Source: Bdellovibrionota bacterium (GTDB lineage: Bacteria; Bdellovibrionota_C; UBA2361; OMII01). From it: DNA of 64,000 nt. This document shows positions 1 to 9,732 of this stretch, piece after piece. Below the pieces are notes generated by a model. It was not told where the DNA came from, made no database searches, and worked only from the letters and a program-made list of their open reading frames with translations. Every line of letters starts with the position of its first letter. The stretch's first letter is position 1. A program made the translations under genes and the position numbers. The stretch spans positions 14,033-78,032 of the forward strand of contig JBILEW010000002.1 in the NCBI GenBank assembly GCA_044351885.1. The letters run 5' to 3'.

Positions 1-705
1 AAATGTCGGAAGAAGAGAGCCGATTAAAGTATCTTCAAGAATCTCAAAGTACGACCTGACTGTGTTAACTTTGATTCCGGTATCGCTTGCGATTTCGGTG
101 AAGTGGATCTGTTGCCCATTTGATAGAGCAGCAACGGGGAGGAAGCGGCTGAAATTTCCGACCCCTCTGACAAGCCCCTCTGCTCGAATCTCTTCATCAA
201 GGTACAAGCCAACGTAGTTGCGAAGCTCATCCTTAAAGAGTGTTGAATCAAGCATCGCAGGAAGAGAGCCGCGCACCAATCTGTCAGCAATTCTCCCGGG
301 TCCAGTCTCAGGAAAGACGAGAGGAAAAAGATCGCGCCGCCAGATCCGCCCCGGCAGTAGATTCATTCCGCTCCTGCGCAGCTTTCGAGCACTGCTACCG
401 GTCAACACAACCCGCAGGGATGGATTGCGGTCAAGGATCGACTGCACCTCGTCGAAGAGCTCTGGCAGTCGTTGTGCCTCATCAATAAACAGGTGAGTGG
501 TGTGGTCCTTTAGTCGCTGACGAACTAACTCTGGAGCGGCACTCAGCTCCCGGTACGTATCAGCCTCAGCTAGGTTGTACAGCATGGCGGATCCTGGCAG
601 ATGCCCCCGGACAAGGGTGCTTTTCCCCACCTGCCTAGGACCCAACAGAAGAAGCGATTTTTTACGCAATAGTTCCAGTATGTTAAGACATCGCTTGTAA
701 ATCAT
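1..705 (-). CDS. AAA+ ATPase, DUF4143/COG1373-type ATP-binding protein (C-terminal end runs off the window)
   Basis: Own translation from ATG (complement of 703-705): MIYKRCLNILELLRKKSLLLLGPRQVGKSTL (Walker A), HLFIDEAQ (Walker B), then IHFTEIASDTGIKVNTVRSYFEILEDTLIG (DUF4143-like). The frame stays open to position 1, so there is no stop in the window and the ORF is absent from the track. Confidence 0.8.
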   Translation of the reverse strand, partial: MIYKRCLNILELLRKKSLLLLGPRQVGKSTLVRGHLPGSAMLYNLAEADTYRELSAAPELVRQRLKDHTTHLFIDEAQRLPELFDEVQSILDRNPSLRVVLTGSSARKLRRSGMNLLPGRIWRRDLFPLVFPETGPGRIADRLVRGSLPAMLDSTLFKDELRNYVGLYLDEEIRAEGLVRGVGNFSRFLPVAALSNGQQIHFTEIASDTGIKVNTVRSYFEILEDTLIGSLLPTF

Positions 706-1148
706 ATGTTAATGATGTGAAATTTCGCGAAAAAAAGCAACGACTACGAAGGATACCAGTACCTAGTGAAGGTCTCCGCCGGCTGGCCCATCTGAATTCC
801 TCTTTGTACGGGGCCTATGACCTAACTATTTTTCTCAGTGAGCGCGCGGGACGGTAGTTCAGCGCGGGGCAGATTGAAGCTTCATTTGTTCGAGAGAGGG
901 AGCAGGCAGGTTCTCATGCCATCTCTCTCAGTGAACGCGTTCATATAGGAACGTGCTCATATACGCTAGCTACTTGATTTGATTTCGTTCGCGCTGCTCC
1001 TGAGAAGAATAGCAAGGAACTGCTGTAGCTTCGTCCCATGCGATGAAGCGCTATAATAGACTATGACGATCGTCTTACTAGACGCTCCTCCCAAGTTGAT
1101 AGTCTCGTCCGTTGCCGTCCCAACCCCGATACGAACAGCCGAGAGTAT

Positions 1149-3020
1149 GTGACTACACCGAAGAGACAAGCGTACGCTCACATGGGTTTTCGTCTCGTTG
1201 CCATCATCGTTGTGTTGCTCGCAGGCTGTTCTCCTGTGGTTCGTACGAGCCGTATCGCCGCATCGTCGGCAGCGGCAGGAGCACGTTCGAATTTCGTAAC
1301 CACATCGCACCTTAGTGAGACGACTCGTCAAGAGCTTCGCATGGCTGGGCTTGCAGATGATCCTTGTTCGGATGGGTGCTATCCGCGATTGCCACTTTTC
1401 GAAGACAAGCCACGAGAAGTGACGCTGTATGCGCGAAGTGAGCTCGCATTAAACCACGCCGCACGATTAGTGCGGACCAAACAGCCCTCTCTGGGGGCAC
1501 ATCTGCAGGCTGCGCGCTTCGCACTAGAGGGACTTACGAGTCCTGCCTGTGCAGCGTCGGTGAGCTTCATTTGTGATGACTTCAAGCTTTTCTACATGAG
1601 CGCCGTGATTGACGTTTTGTCGGCCCTTCAAAAAGTAAACTGGAATGGAGAGAAGCTGACACAGTCGAGCGACTTCAAGGTGGTCATGGCGGAGGGAGCA
1701 ATAGACGAAGACCCGCGGCGCTACTCCACTATTGTGCCGGCCGGACTGGTTTCGTTCGAGGGGCTCTCGAATCGTCTCTTACGATACGGTCTCGGGGTGC
1801 CACTTAGTGCATGCCGAGAGCGAGATCCCGAGAGCCCAACAGACAACTACCTGCCTAGGGTCGGTACGTGCCTTCCTTTGACTGCCGTAGTCGACTTCCA
1901 GCAGCCTTCGAGTACCGCCGTCGTTTCACTCCACAATGCCTTTACTACAGACACAGTAAAGGTGATGGGCGGAAGAACCTTTCCATTAGCTGCTAACTTC
2001 TCAGCGCCCTTTGCCAGTTTGATTGAGAAAACCGGACTCACCTCCTATTCAGGTCTCCTGAAAACGTTTAGCGGTGGCGAAGAGCTACTCGAGAAAACAG
2101 GGTTTTTCACGATTGAGCCTTACCGTAGCCGCAGAATTCCGCTCGTCTTTGTGCATGGTCTTTTCTCCAGCCCGATAACGTGGGTCAATCTGCAGAACGA
2201 TCTGATGGGAGATCCGATAATTCGTGAACATTATCAGATCTGGAGCTATCTCTATCCCACCAATCTGCCCATATTGTTGAACGCGGAGACCTTCAGAGAA
2301 AAACTCGATCAGCTGAAGAGGCATCTTACCGAAGCCGATGACAACGGTGCTGATTCGCCGGGGATGGTAATCATAGCCCACAGCATGGGTGGACTGCTGA
2401 CGAAGACTGCGGTGGTACGAGACAGTGAGCCAGTCAAGCGATATCTGTGGGAATCACCGGAGAAGATAGCAGAGCTTGATCCCAAGACTCGAGATCTGAT
2501 TGATCGAGTATTCACCTTTCGTGTTCGTCCGTACGTCGAACGGGTCATTTTCATCGCCGTCCCCTTCCTGGGGAGTGAAATTGCAGATAACTGGGTCGGG
2601 TGGATAGGCAGAAAACTCGTAGGACTTCCCAGGGCAATACTCGAAGTCACAGCGGATTTTCCCACGCGCATCAGGGACGTGATACGCCCAGAACTGCGTG
2701 CCGAGTTAGCAGAGCAGGACCTCACAAGTGTGAAGGGTCTATCGCCTCACAACCCCGCTCTGCTGGCATTGGCAAAAGCATTGGTCGATCGATGCGTGCC
2801 ATATCATTTAATCGAAGGAGACAGAGGTCTCGGCGGTGGCGTCAACGCGTCTGACGGTGTAGTGCCATTCCGTAGCTCACATCTAGAAGGAGCAGAGTCA
2901 GAGCTAGTTGTACCCGCAGGGCATGCTGCATTCACTCATCCGATAGCTGTGCTCGAGATCAAACGGATCCTTCATGAACATGTGCGTCAGAAGAGGGCAA
3001 CAGATAGGAGGTGTGAATGA
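1149..3020 (+). CDS. Secreted alpha/beta-hydrolase (lipase/esterase-like) lipoprotein
   Basis: 623-aa ORF. Lipobox LLAGCS follows a hydrophobic N-terminus (alternative start at 1182). FVHGLFSS oxyanion-type motif and nucleophile elbow AHSMGG. Confidence 0.75.
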   Translation: MTTPKRQAYAHMGFRLVAIIVVLLAGCSPVVRTSRIAASSAAAGARSNFVTTSHLSETTRQELRMAGLADDPCSDGCYPRLPLFEDKPREVTLYARSELALNHAARLVRTKQPSLGAHLQAARFALEGLTSPACAASVSFICDDFKLFYMSAVIDVLSALQKVNWNGEKLTQSSDFKVVMAEGAIDEDPRRYSTIVPAGLVSFEGLSNRLLRYGLGVPLSACRERDPESPTDNYLPRVGTCLPLTAVVDFQQPSSTAVVSLHNAFTTDTVKVMGGRTFPLAANFSAPFASLIEKTGLTSYSGLLKTFSGGEELLEKTGFFTIEPYRSRRIPLVFVHGLFSSPITWVNLQNDLMGDPIIREHYQIWSYLYPTNLPILLNAETFREKLDQLKRHLTEADDNGADSPGMVIIAHSMGGLLTKTAVVRDSEPVKRYLWESPEKIAELDPKTRDLIDRVFTFRVRPYVERVIFIAVPFLGSEIADNWVGWIGRKLVGLPRAILEVTADFPTRIRDVIRPELRAELAEQDLTSVKGLSPHNPALLALAKALVDRCVPYHLIEGDRGLGGGVNASDGVVPFRSSHLEGAESELVVPAGHAAFTHPIAVLEIKRILHEHVRQKRATDRRCE

Positions 3021-3055
3021 GGAAGCCGAAACGTTCGCGCTGTCGGGGACGTGGG

Positions 3056-3082
3056 TTCTGGTGGTGCAGTGCACCACCAGAA
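3056..3082. terminator. Perfect 13-bp inverted repeat between convergent genes (candidate bidirectional terminator)
   Basis: ttctggtggtgca-g-tgcaccaccagaa lies between the stop at 3020 (+) and the stop at 3120 (-). There is no clear U-tract. Confidence 0.35.
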
Positions 3083-3119
3083 CGGTGTCCATCCTGAAAC
3101 ACTTCCAACCTATCGTAAG

Positions 3120-3620
3120 CTAACGATTCGACCCCGGAGTCCGAGCCGACCTGGGAGTCGCATCATCGCGATTGAATGTCCTCACGGTATTTCCCTCATA
3201 GCGAATAGTGCAGCTAGCGTTCACGCAATCTCCCTCCAGAAACTGTTCCACGCTTGCGGTAATATCATCGTCATCATCGATGTCGTGATACTCGATGCGA
3301 AGCGTGAAGTTGCACCTGCCTCCGCTTACTATTGGCTGGTTCGGGGTTCCGATTGCATCGACTGAAAAACCATCTCCGCCGACAGTGTTCCCGATGTATC
3401 GAATACCATTCTCGTCCTCGAGCGCGACATCCTCATCGCGCCTAAAAACGTTGTGCACTGCGTTCAGCGTTGGTCTCGCTGAAGTTCCGACACAGCTGTT
3501 CTCTCTGAGCACGAGAGGTCCTCGCCAAACGCCAGTGACATTTAGATCGTCATCATCATCGTCTCCGCAACCGACAGCTAGTAAACCAGCGAGAGCGAAT
3601 ATAAAGACACGTATGCGCAT
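3120..3620 (-). CDS. Small hypothetical lipoprotein with poly-Asp runs
   Basis: The ORF runs 3120..3653. The internal ATG at 3620 gives MRIRVFIFALAGLLAVGC (signal peptide plus lipobox), followed by DDDDDD and later DIDDDDD. Confidence 0.6.
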   Translation of the reverse strand: MRIRVFIFALAGLLAVGCGDDDDDDLNVTGVWRGPLVLRENSCVGTSARPTLNAVHNVFRRDEDVALEDENGIRYIGNTVGGDGFSVDAIGTPNQPIVSGGRCNFTLRIEYHDIDDDDDITASVEQFLEGDCVNASCTIRYEGNTVRTFNRDDATPRSARTPGSNR

Positions 3621-3958
3621 AGAATCCTCTATATATGTGAGTTCCAGATACACCAGACGTTAGCAGCGCTTCTGCATAACCGTATGACAACAGTCAGACT
3701 ACCTAGCTGATCGTGTCTCTTCTGGAGCTGCGTCCTGGCAAAAATCCAGCCTAGGACCTGCGGTCTGTAGAAGAGGCAGCTACGCGAAGGGGAGCGTGGA
3801 TTTCGTTAACGGCTGCCGATGTGCCGTCACTAGAGATCCCGAGCTATTTTTTCCAGCTATTTTCCTAGCTATTTTTCTCAGGAGCCTGACCGAAAAGTCC
3901 TGATTAAACGGCTGACAGGTTAGATACAGAGCGATGCTTATTCGGTAAGGAGAGAGGC

Positions 3959-4696
3959 ATGAAGGCATTTCGCACTGGGGACAACAAAGGGCGACTATCA
4001 CTACTGCCTCCGAACAATTACGATTACGTATGAGCCGGGGATCTTGTTCGCTACGTTGACGGGTTTGTTGACGCGCTCGACCTGCGCCGTATTGAGGATA
4101 CGTTTTCCCGCCTCGGTCGTCCTGCGTACAGTCCCAAACTATTAGTAAAAGTAATTCTGTACGGAAAGATGCACGAAATACGAACCGGTCGAGAGTTGCG
4201 CCGAGCGTGTGGGGAGAACCTTCGATTTATGTTCTTAGCTCGCAGTGAGCGCCCCGACTTTCGGACAATCAACGACCTTAGAAAGAACGACGCAGAAGAT
4301 CCTGCTGGCATCCTCACGCAGACAATTGAAGTTAGCATCCGGGAAAACCTCATCGACTTACGGCAGGTCTGCATCGATGGTACTAAGATTGGAGCCTCTG
4401 CTGGGAGGAGGTCGTTTAAGACCCCTGCTACTCTGAAGCAAGAGCTTGCCGAGCCTGAGCACGAGATCAAAGCCGCACTACGAGCCGATATCGAAGCTGA
4501 GAAAGAAGAAGACGACCAGTACGAAGACGATGACGGCGAGGGTACACTGCCGCTCGAGATGCACAACAAGAAAGCGCTAGCAGACCGCATCAAGGCAGCA
4601 CTTGTCGAAGACCGGGCGTACACACGCGAAAAGCCAAAGGCAGTATCGGTGACTGGCCCCGGCTCTTTCTCTCGGGGAGCGCGGGAACAAAATTAA
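3959..4696 (+). pseudogene. IS1182/IS5-superfamily transposase remnant (N-terminal DUF772-type domain only; in-frame TGA at 4031; DDE domain missing)
   Basis: MKAFRTGDNKGRLSLLPPNNYDYV-stop-AGDLVRYVDGFVDALDLRRIEDTFSRLGRPAYSPKLLVKVILYGKMHEIRTGRELRRACGENLRFMFL matches the conserved N-terminus of IS1182-type transposases. The ORF ends at 4696 without a catalytic domain. Confidence 0.7.
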
Positions 4697-4750
4697 ATTA
4701 GCTGAGTAGCTACTCTAAGTGAAATACTTAGGTCACGACGCTGACAGCAA

Positions 4751-4773
4751 GCGGAGCGGAGCCTCCGCGGTCC
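4751..4773. repeat. Half-unit of the 77-bp REP-like family (see 50083-50257)
   Basis: gcggagcggagcctccgcggtcc compared with the family 3' arm gcggagcggaagctccgcggtcc. Confidence 0.5.
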
Positions 4774-5217
4774 AGGGGGCTGCCCATGAGACTCACAGGA
4801 TGTCGGATCCTCTTAGGTTCAAAAGCTGTCGCTCTTTTTGGTACGGGCTACTTTTGATGGGCTTTGATTTATCCCTCATTACCCCTAACTCCGCACGGCT
4901 GATGGAGGTAACCCCGTACCAGCGCCGCGCCGTAGCCGCTCCGGGGCGCATCTAGCTGCGACGGTTAGCAGGAAATCCTCGGCCGCACACTATGAGCCAC
5001 CTAAACTGCCAGCCCTGGCTCTTCCGCCCCTTCTTTAACTCTTCTAAAATGGTGCGGTCCGACTATCAAGACCGCCTCTGATTGCCTAGTTCGCTGATGC
5101 AACTCGAAAATTAATTGATTTTCTTATCCTTACCCAATCAGGGAGGGCCCACGTGCTTCGTTCACATGTATATCCGCTGGGCGACAGGTAAAGCTCGGCT
5201 CGCCATAACCCACCGAG

Positions 5218-6903
5218 ATGCATAAAGAACCAACTTTCATACCCAGGACTCCGCGTTTCCAGGCTGAGCCTCCACGCTCCTTCGTAGCACCGCCGCCCCC
5301 TAAGGAGGGGGACCCGCACGTCTTCAATTTTCGGGTCGAGACCTCCACGCGTAGCTGGGGCGAGGAGCGCATCACCGATGTCCCACGATCAGTAACGAAC
5401 CACTCAGCGGAGGGGTTCTCTTGGGGCTATCGAGGATCGAGTGCGCAGGAGCTGGCCCTCAATATCCTCAACTACGTGTATCCTCCCGGTACCGACGGAT
5501 ACGAGGGCATTCCGTGTGAGAGGGGATACGCATCTCGCACGGCGTTTCAATTGTATGGCGATTATACCAGCGAGATCGTCTCACGAATTCCGCAGATCGG
5601 GGAGTTTCAGATTACCGTTGAAGAGGTACGAGCTTGGGTCCAGAAAAAGTCGGATTCAATAAAGGCGTTTCCTCGAAGTCACCTACTCCCCAAATTCTTT
5701 GCGAACGCGACCCCTACCCCGCTCGAACAGAGGATGCACAGCGACGCACCACTATCGTTGAAAACTCTCCGCCCGACGACGGTCGATCAAACCGACTGTG
5801 CCTCACACTCGCAAGAATGGGATTATAAACATCAGGAGCTCGCCGCGATAAATGGGCGCATCCGAGAGAGCCTCCACAAACACTTCCGGGGTGTCCTGGA
5901 GTCAGCACGAGAGAGAGACCTCGACAGAGACCAGAGACACCGAGCCCTCTATGCCGAAGCATTCGAGCTAGGACGACGCATCAACGCGATCGACATCGAA
6001 CTGTGCCGTTCTGAGACCCTTGCGCGACCGCACAACGCCACGTACATCTCGTGCACACTCCCAACAGGCCTGGCTCAGGCCGTTGACGACCTGCTCTTGT
6101 ACTACGAACGAGAGAGCCGCTGTGTTCGTGAGCTTTATCAAAGATTAGGCCCTAACCGGATAGCGGCCGACCTGATGCACAAGCGAGTTGTGCCAGACAT
6201 CTCTATTATCCCGACTGGCCCGACCCTCGTCGCTGCGTGTAGAACCGAAGAAGCGTGGAGAGCGGTAGAAGAGCGAATCATGGGGGTTGGATGTCCTGCA
6301 TCTGGAGGGTTTCTCGCGAGCGTTGCTATCGGTGGTGACCCCACCCTCGTATTGGCCCTACCGGCATGGCCCGAAATAGCGTGGGGGCTCTCTTATCAAA
6401 CGGATTTTCGAACCGATTTGATTCACGAGCGAGAACATGCTTCCCAGAGGATCCGCGATTGCTTGATAAGCCCACGAGATTTCCTCGAAACCCCACAACC
6501 AGTAAACAGCGTCGTGGCGCACTGTTCGAACTTCTTCATGTTCGAATGCAGAGCTGAGATTCTGTCGTATGGTCTCTCCGCTGATTGGACCTCGGAGCGC
6601 CAATCTACCTTGAACGATAGGGGTCGAAACGCTCAGTACGACTATCCGCGCATGTGGCGTGATTACTGGCTCGGATCGTTCCCTCAAGTGTTACCAGGCC
6701 TCTCTTTTGCAGAGCACCGTCGCGTACTCGACCAGGCAGCGAAACGGTTTTACTCGTGGCGCACGGAGTGCTTTCAGATTCTGGGCTCGCTCAAGACTGT
6801 ACGTCAAGAGGGAGTCCACGAAGCATTCAAGGCGATCGACCTCTTTCCCGTCGAGTCCTGGCCAAGACATCTTCGGCGAATGAAGGAGTTGAATCTCTTT
6901 TGA
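5218..6903 (+). CDS. Hypothetical protein (561 aa); N-terminal segment resembles DUF6166; lone HEXXH at 6424-6438
   Basis: Long ORF with no competing frame. EGFSWGYRGSSAQELALNIL resembles the GFxWGYxGSGPxxLALxIL signature I associate with DUF6166. HEREH lies in the C-terminal half. No clear RBS. Confidence 0.6.
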   Translation: MHKEPTFIPRTPRFQAEPPRSFVAPPPPKEGDPHVFNFRVETSTRSWGEERITDVPRSVTNHSAEGFSWGYRGSSAQELALNILNYVYPPGTDGYEGIPCERGYASRTAFQLYGDYTSEIVSRIPQIGEFQITVEEVRAWVQKKSDSIKAFPRSHLLPKFFANATPTPLEQRMHSDAPLSLKTLRPTTVDQTDCASHSQEWDYKHQELAAINGRIRESLHKHFRGVLESARERDLDRDQRHRALYAEAFELGRRINAIDIELCRSETLARPHNATYISCTLPTGLAQAVDDLLLYYERESRCVRELYQRLGPNRIAADLMHKRVVPDISIIPTGPTLVAACRTEEAWRAVEERIMGVGCPASGGFLASVAIGGDPTLVLALPAWPEIAWGLSYQTDFRTDLIHEREHASQRIRDCLISPRDFLETPQPVNSVVAHCSNFFMFECRAEILSYGLSADWTSERQSTLNDRGRNAQYDYPRMWRDYWLGSFPQVLPGLSFAEHRRVLDQAAKRFYSWRTECFQILGSLKTVRQEGVHEAFKAIDLFPVESWPRHLRRMKELNLF

Positions 6904-7077
6904 CATCGCCTTTAGCCCCTCTCCCTGGCGCAGCGCACATCACAAGAGAGCCAATTCGCACTAATAAAGTCACCTCTGCATTAGTAAATCGGGTTCAGAT
7001 ACCTGTCGAACAGGCATGCGTAAAATATCATGAGCGGCTATAAATGGCCCTGATTCAAGGCTCGCTTCATAACTTTC

Positions 7078-8688
7078 ATGGCTACCGATTTCAGCAACGA
7101 CGATCGCGGTCCGAACTTCAAGCCAAGAGCGCACGATGACGATCTCGGCACGCTGCTGACGCCGCCTGCAATTTCCACAGACCTGCAAGCTCTCCATCGA
7201 GCCTTTCTCGGATGGCACCATGAACGGAGCGGTTTCGTCAGGACCGATCTCAACAAAGGTGACGCCCCGTTCAACATCGGTCCGCTCACAGCGAACGACC
7301 GGCGGATCTTCGAGTACGCTTCGGAAAAGTTGATAAGGTGCGCGAACGCTTGTCGAGAGCACTCGGGGTTGTCTCCAGACGCTTCGCTGCAACAGCTTTC
7401 GCAATCCGTCATTAAACTAAAGAGTGGCGAGGCGCATGTCTTGTTCGGGTACCTCTCAGATGAGCGCGGCCGGGGAATCGTACTCGATTTCCCACGGATG
7501 CGAGCGAGTGTGAGGCCTGAACCGATACCGTTTGTTATGCTGAAAGACAGTGGCTCAAACAAACTCAAGGTCGAGAATTGCTTCACCCTTCGCTGTTTGG
7601 AGCAGGAGTCTGCCGTAATAGAGCGAGATTGGCGGCGAATGATTGACGACCCTTCACTTGGATTGCCCTCAGGCTACGTAGTAAGTCCGCTCATGCAGTA
7701 CATCTGGGATTGTGTATCGAACTACTGGCCGCCTAGTGCACGGGAGGTTTTGGCCGAGGGTGGTTGGTTGGGGCCAGATCATCTTGAGGTGCACAGGGGG
7801 ATCGGGGCTCGCGCTGGACAATACGCATTTGCGGTGCGTGCGGGAGATCTCCACGGAGTAGCCGTATGTGAACTGCTCGGCGACGGGTCCCTAACGATCA
7901 GCACCCCGCATCTCGATCGAGGCGAGCTCTGCACCGAATTTTTGCGTATGCGATCAGTTGGGATTCACGGAGGTGGTGTGGGTCTCGACCTGCAGCCACT
8001 CCTTGGCCCAGAGCATCGAAGGTTGTTTTCGAGCGCCTTGTTGGCCGACTACAGCAGCGATCTATACCTGAACTCGGCAGGAGACTCTCGGCCGCCGCGC
8101 CTGGCGTCGAATTATCTGCGCGGGTGGTGGAGGAACTTTCTTTCTCTTCCCGTAGCGAGCGTTGAGACCAACGATGCCTGGAAAAACGGCGTGCAGCTGG
8201 AGTGGTTGGGGAGCGCACATCGAGGCAGCGAGGAGCGATCCGTGGTGTTTGCCGCCAAGGATGCCGCAGGGAATTGGGTGTACAAGGTCGGCGGGATTGT
8301 GGCGCGATTAGAGTACGGTCCGGTGGCGATGCTTTTTCAGGGGACCGACGGAGTCATGGAGCAAGGATATCCGCTGTACTCGCGAGAGGCGTTTGCTGAG
8401 GAGGTCGGGCGGTTCATGGCTGTCGACCGTGAAGAGCTCGAATCGTTGTGGGCGCAGTCGTATCTGCTTTGCGAGGTGATCGAGACAGCCCGAGAGGCCA
8501 GACAGACAGAGCTCTCCCTACCCGATTCGGGTGAATTGAGTGGTGTTACCGCTGTATCTGCAAGCCGAAAGAAAGATGAGGGCACCGATGCGTTCAACGT
8601 CGTCGTACGATTCGAGAACGACTTCACAGTTACGGTCATACTGGAGAGGGACGCCGAGACGGGCCAGGTGCTCTTCGGAACTGTATAA
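7078..8688 (+). CDS. Hypothetical protein (536 aa), no recognisable domain
   Basis: Uninterrupted ORF on the same strand, 174 bp downstream of the previous ORF. I recognise no motif. Confidence 0.6.
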   Translation: MATDFSNDDRGPNFKPRAHDDDLGTLLTPPAISTDLQALHRAFLGWHHERSGFVRTDLNKGDAPFNIGPLTANDRRIFEYASEKLIRCANACREHSGLSPDASLQQLSQSVIKLKSGEAHVLFGYLSDERGRGIVLDFPRMRASVRPEPIPFVMLKDSGSNKLKVENCFTLRCLEQESAVIERDWRRMIDDPSLGLPSGYVVSPLMQYIWDCVSNYWPPSAREVLAEGGWLGPDHLEVHRGIGARAGQYAFAVRAGDLHGVAVCELLGDGSLTISTPHLDRGELCTEFLRMRSVGIHGGGVGLDLQPLLGPEHRRLFSSALLADYSSDLYLNSAGDSRPPRLASNYLRGWWRNFLSLPVASVETNDAWKNGVQLEWLGSAHRGSEERSVVFAAKDAAGNWVYKVGGIVARLEYGPVAMLFQGTDGVMEQGYPLYSREAFAEEVGRFMAVDREELESLWAQSYLLCEVIETAREARQTELSLPDSGELSGVTAVSASRKKDEGTDAFNVVVRFENDFTVTVILERDAETGQVLFGTV

Positions 8689-8832
8689 GTTTTGAGACAG
8701 GGGTTCAGAACAAGCGCCCAGCGACCCACGTCCCTCTTCCTTGGACACTAGCCACATAGCAAAACCACACTATGCAAAAATGTTAGACCGTATTACCTCT
8801 TTGCGGAATCAAAGATTCAGGGGAGAGAATCC

Positions 8833-9732
8833 ATGGCGACGGTCACAACCATATCGATCTTTTGCTTCGTCTTCGGAGCGATCATAGGCAGCTTCCTCAG
8901 TGTGTGCGCCTACAGAATTCCGATGGGCAAGTACACTCCCGAACGGGAGGGTATCAAGGTGCTCGAACAACCTCTGAGCATCGCCTCGCCTGCTCGCTCC
9001 ATGTGTCCTAGTTGCGAACATCAGCTCGCCTGGTGGCAGAACATCCCGCTCGTATCGTGGATCCTCTTACGCGGACGATGCGCCTACTGCAAAGCTCGCA
9101 TCCCTTTCAGATATTTTTTCATTGAAATTGCAACCGCATCTCTGTGCACACTGTGCTACTGGAAGTTCGGTTTGACCTTCTCAGCCTTCGTGGCGTTTGC
9201 TTTCGTCTGCGCACTCGTCGTCATAACGTTCATCGACATCGATTACATGATTATTCCGAACGTAATTACGTATCCAGGTACGATCATCGGTGTTCTCCTC
9301 GTTCTGGCAAACGAATTCCTCTCTCCGAGTGGCTCACCGATCTTGACCAGACCCTTTGCCGCATCCGCCTTTGAGTCATTTATGGGGCTCCTCGCTGGAC
9401 CCGGTATTCTCTTGGCGATCTGGTGGTTCTATCTCAAGGTTCGCAAACGTGATGGCTTGGGCCTCGGTGACGTAAAGCTGCTTGCCATGGTCGGAGTTCT
9501 CTTCGGTTGGGAAGCATCCTGGCTCACCATCTTCGCGGGCTCACTCGTGGGATCGATCTTCGGGATCATTCAGGTCATCGGTCGGAAAATGGGTCTCTCT
9601 CAACCCCTTCCATTCGGACCTTACTTGGTAGCCGGATTCCTGTTCTTCCTTTTCGATGGGCCATTGGTTCTGGGGAAAATCTCGGGGAACTTGGATCTTC
9701 CCCTTGGTTGGTGGATTAACACGCAGAGATGA
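8833..9732 (+). CDS. pilD: Prepilin peptidase / N-methyltransferase (peptidase A24)
   Basis: SMCPSCEHQLAWWQNIPLVSWILLRGRCAYCKARI (Cys box), DIDYMIIPN and LGLGDVKLLAMVG (the two catalytic Asp motifs). Polytopic. RBS ggggagag upstream. Confidence 0.9.
   Translation: MATVTTISIFCFVFGAIIGSFLSVCAYRIPMGKYTPEREGIKVLEQPLSIASPARSMCPSCEHQLAWWQNIPLVSWILLRGRCAYCKARIPFRYFFIEIATASLCTLCYWKFGLTFSAFVAFAFVCALVVITFIDIDYMIIPNVITYPGTIIGVLLVLANEFLSPSGSPILTRPFAASAFESFMGLLAGPGILLAIWWFYLKVRKRDGLGLGDVKLLAMVGVLFGWEASWLTIFAGSLVGSIFGIIQVIGRKMGLSQPLPFGPYLVAGFLFFLFDGPLVLGKISGNLDLPLGWWINTQR

Noticed and set aside
24-290. 88-aa minus-strand ORF at the window start
   Set aside because: It is in the wrong frame relative to the AAA ATPase reading frame (Walker A/B and DUF4143 motifs), which is open from 705 to 1.
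4697-5217. A 520-bp non-coding stretch after the IS remnant, considered as a retron ncRNA, a group II intron fragment, or the 78-aa ORF 4719..4955
   Set aside because: I found no domain V-like 34-nt hairpin with an AGC triad, no RT gene nearby, and no convincing coding signal. It is most simply residual IS or intergenic DNA containing a REP half-unit.
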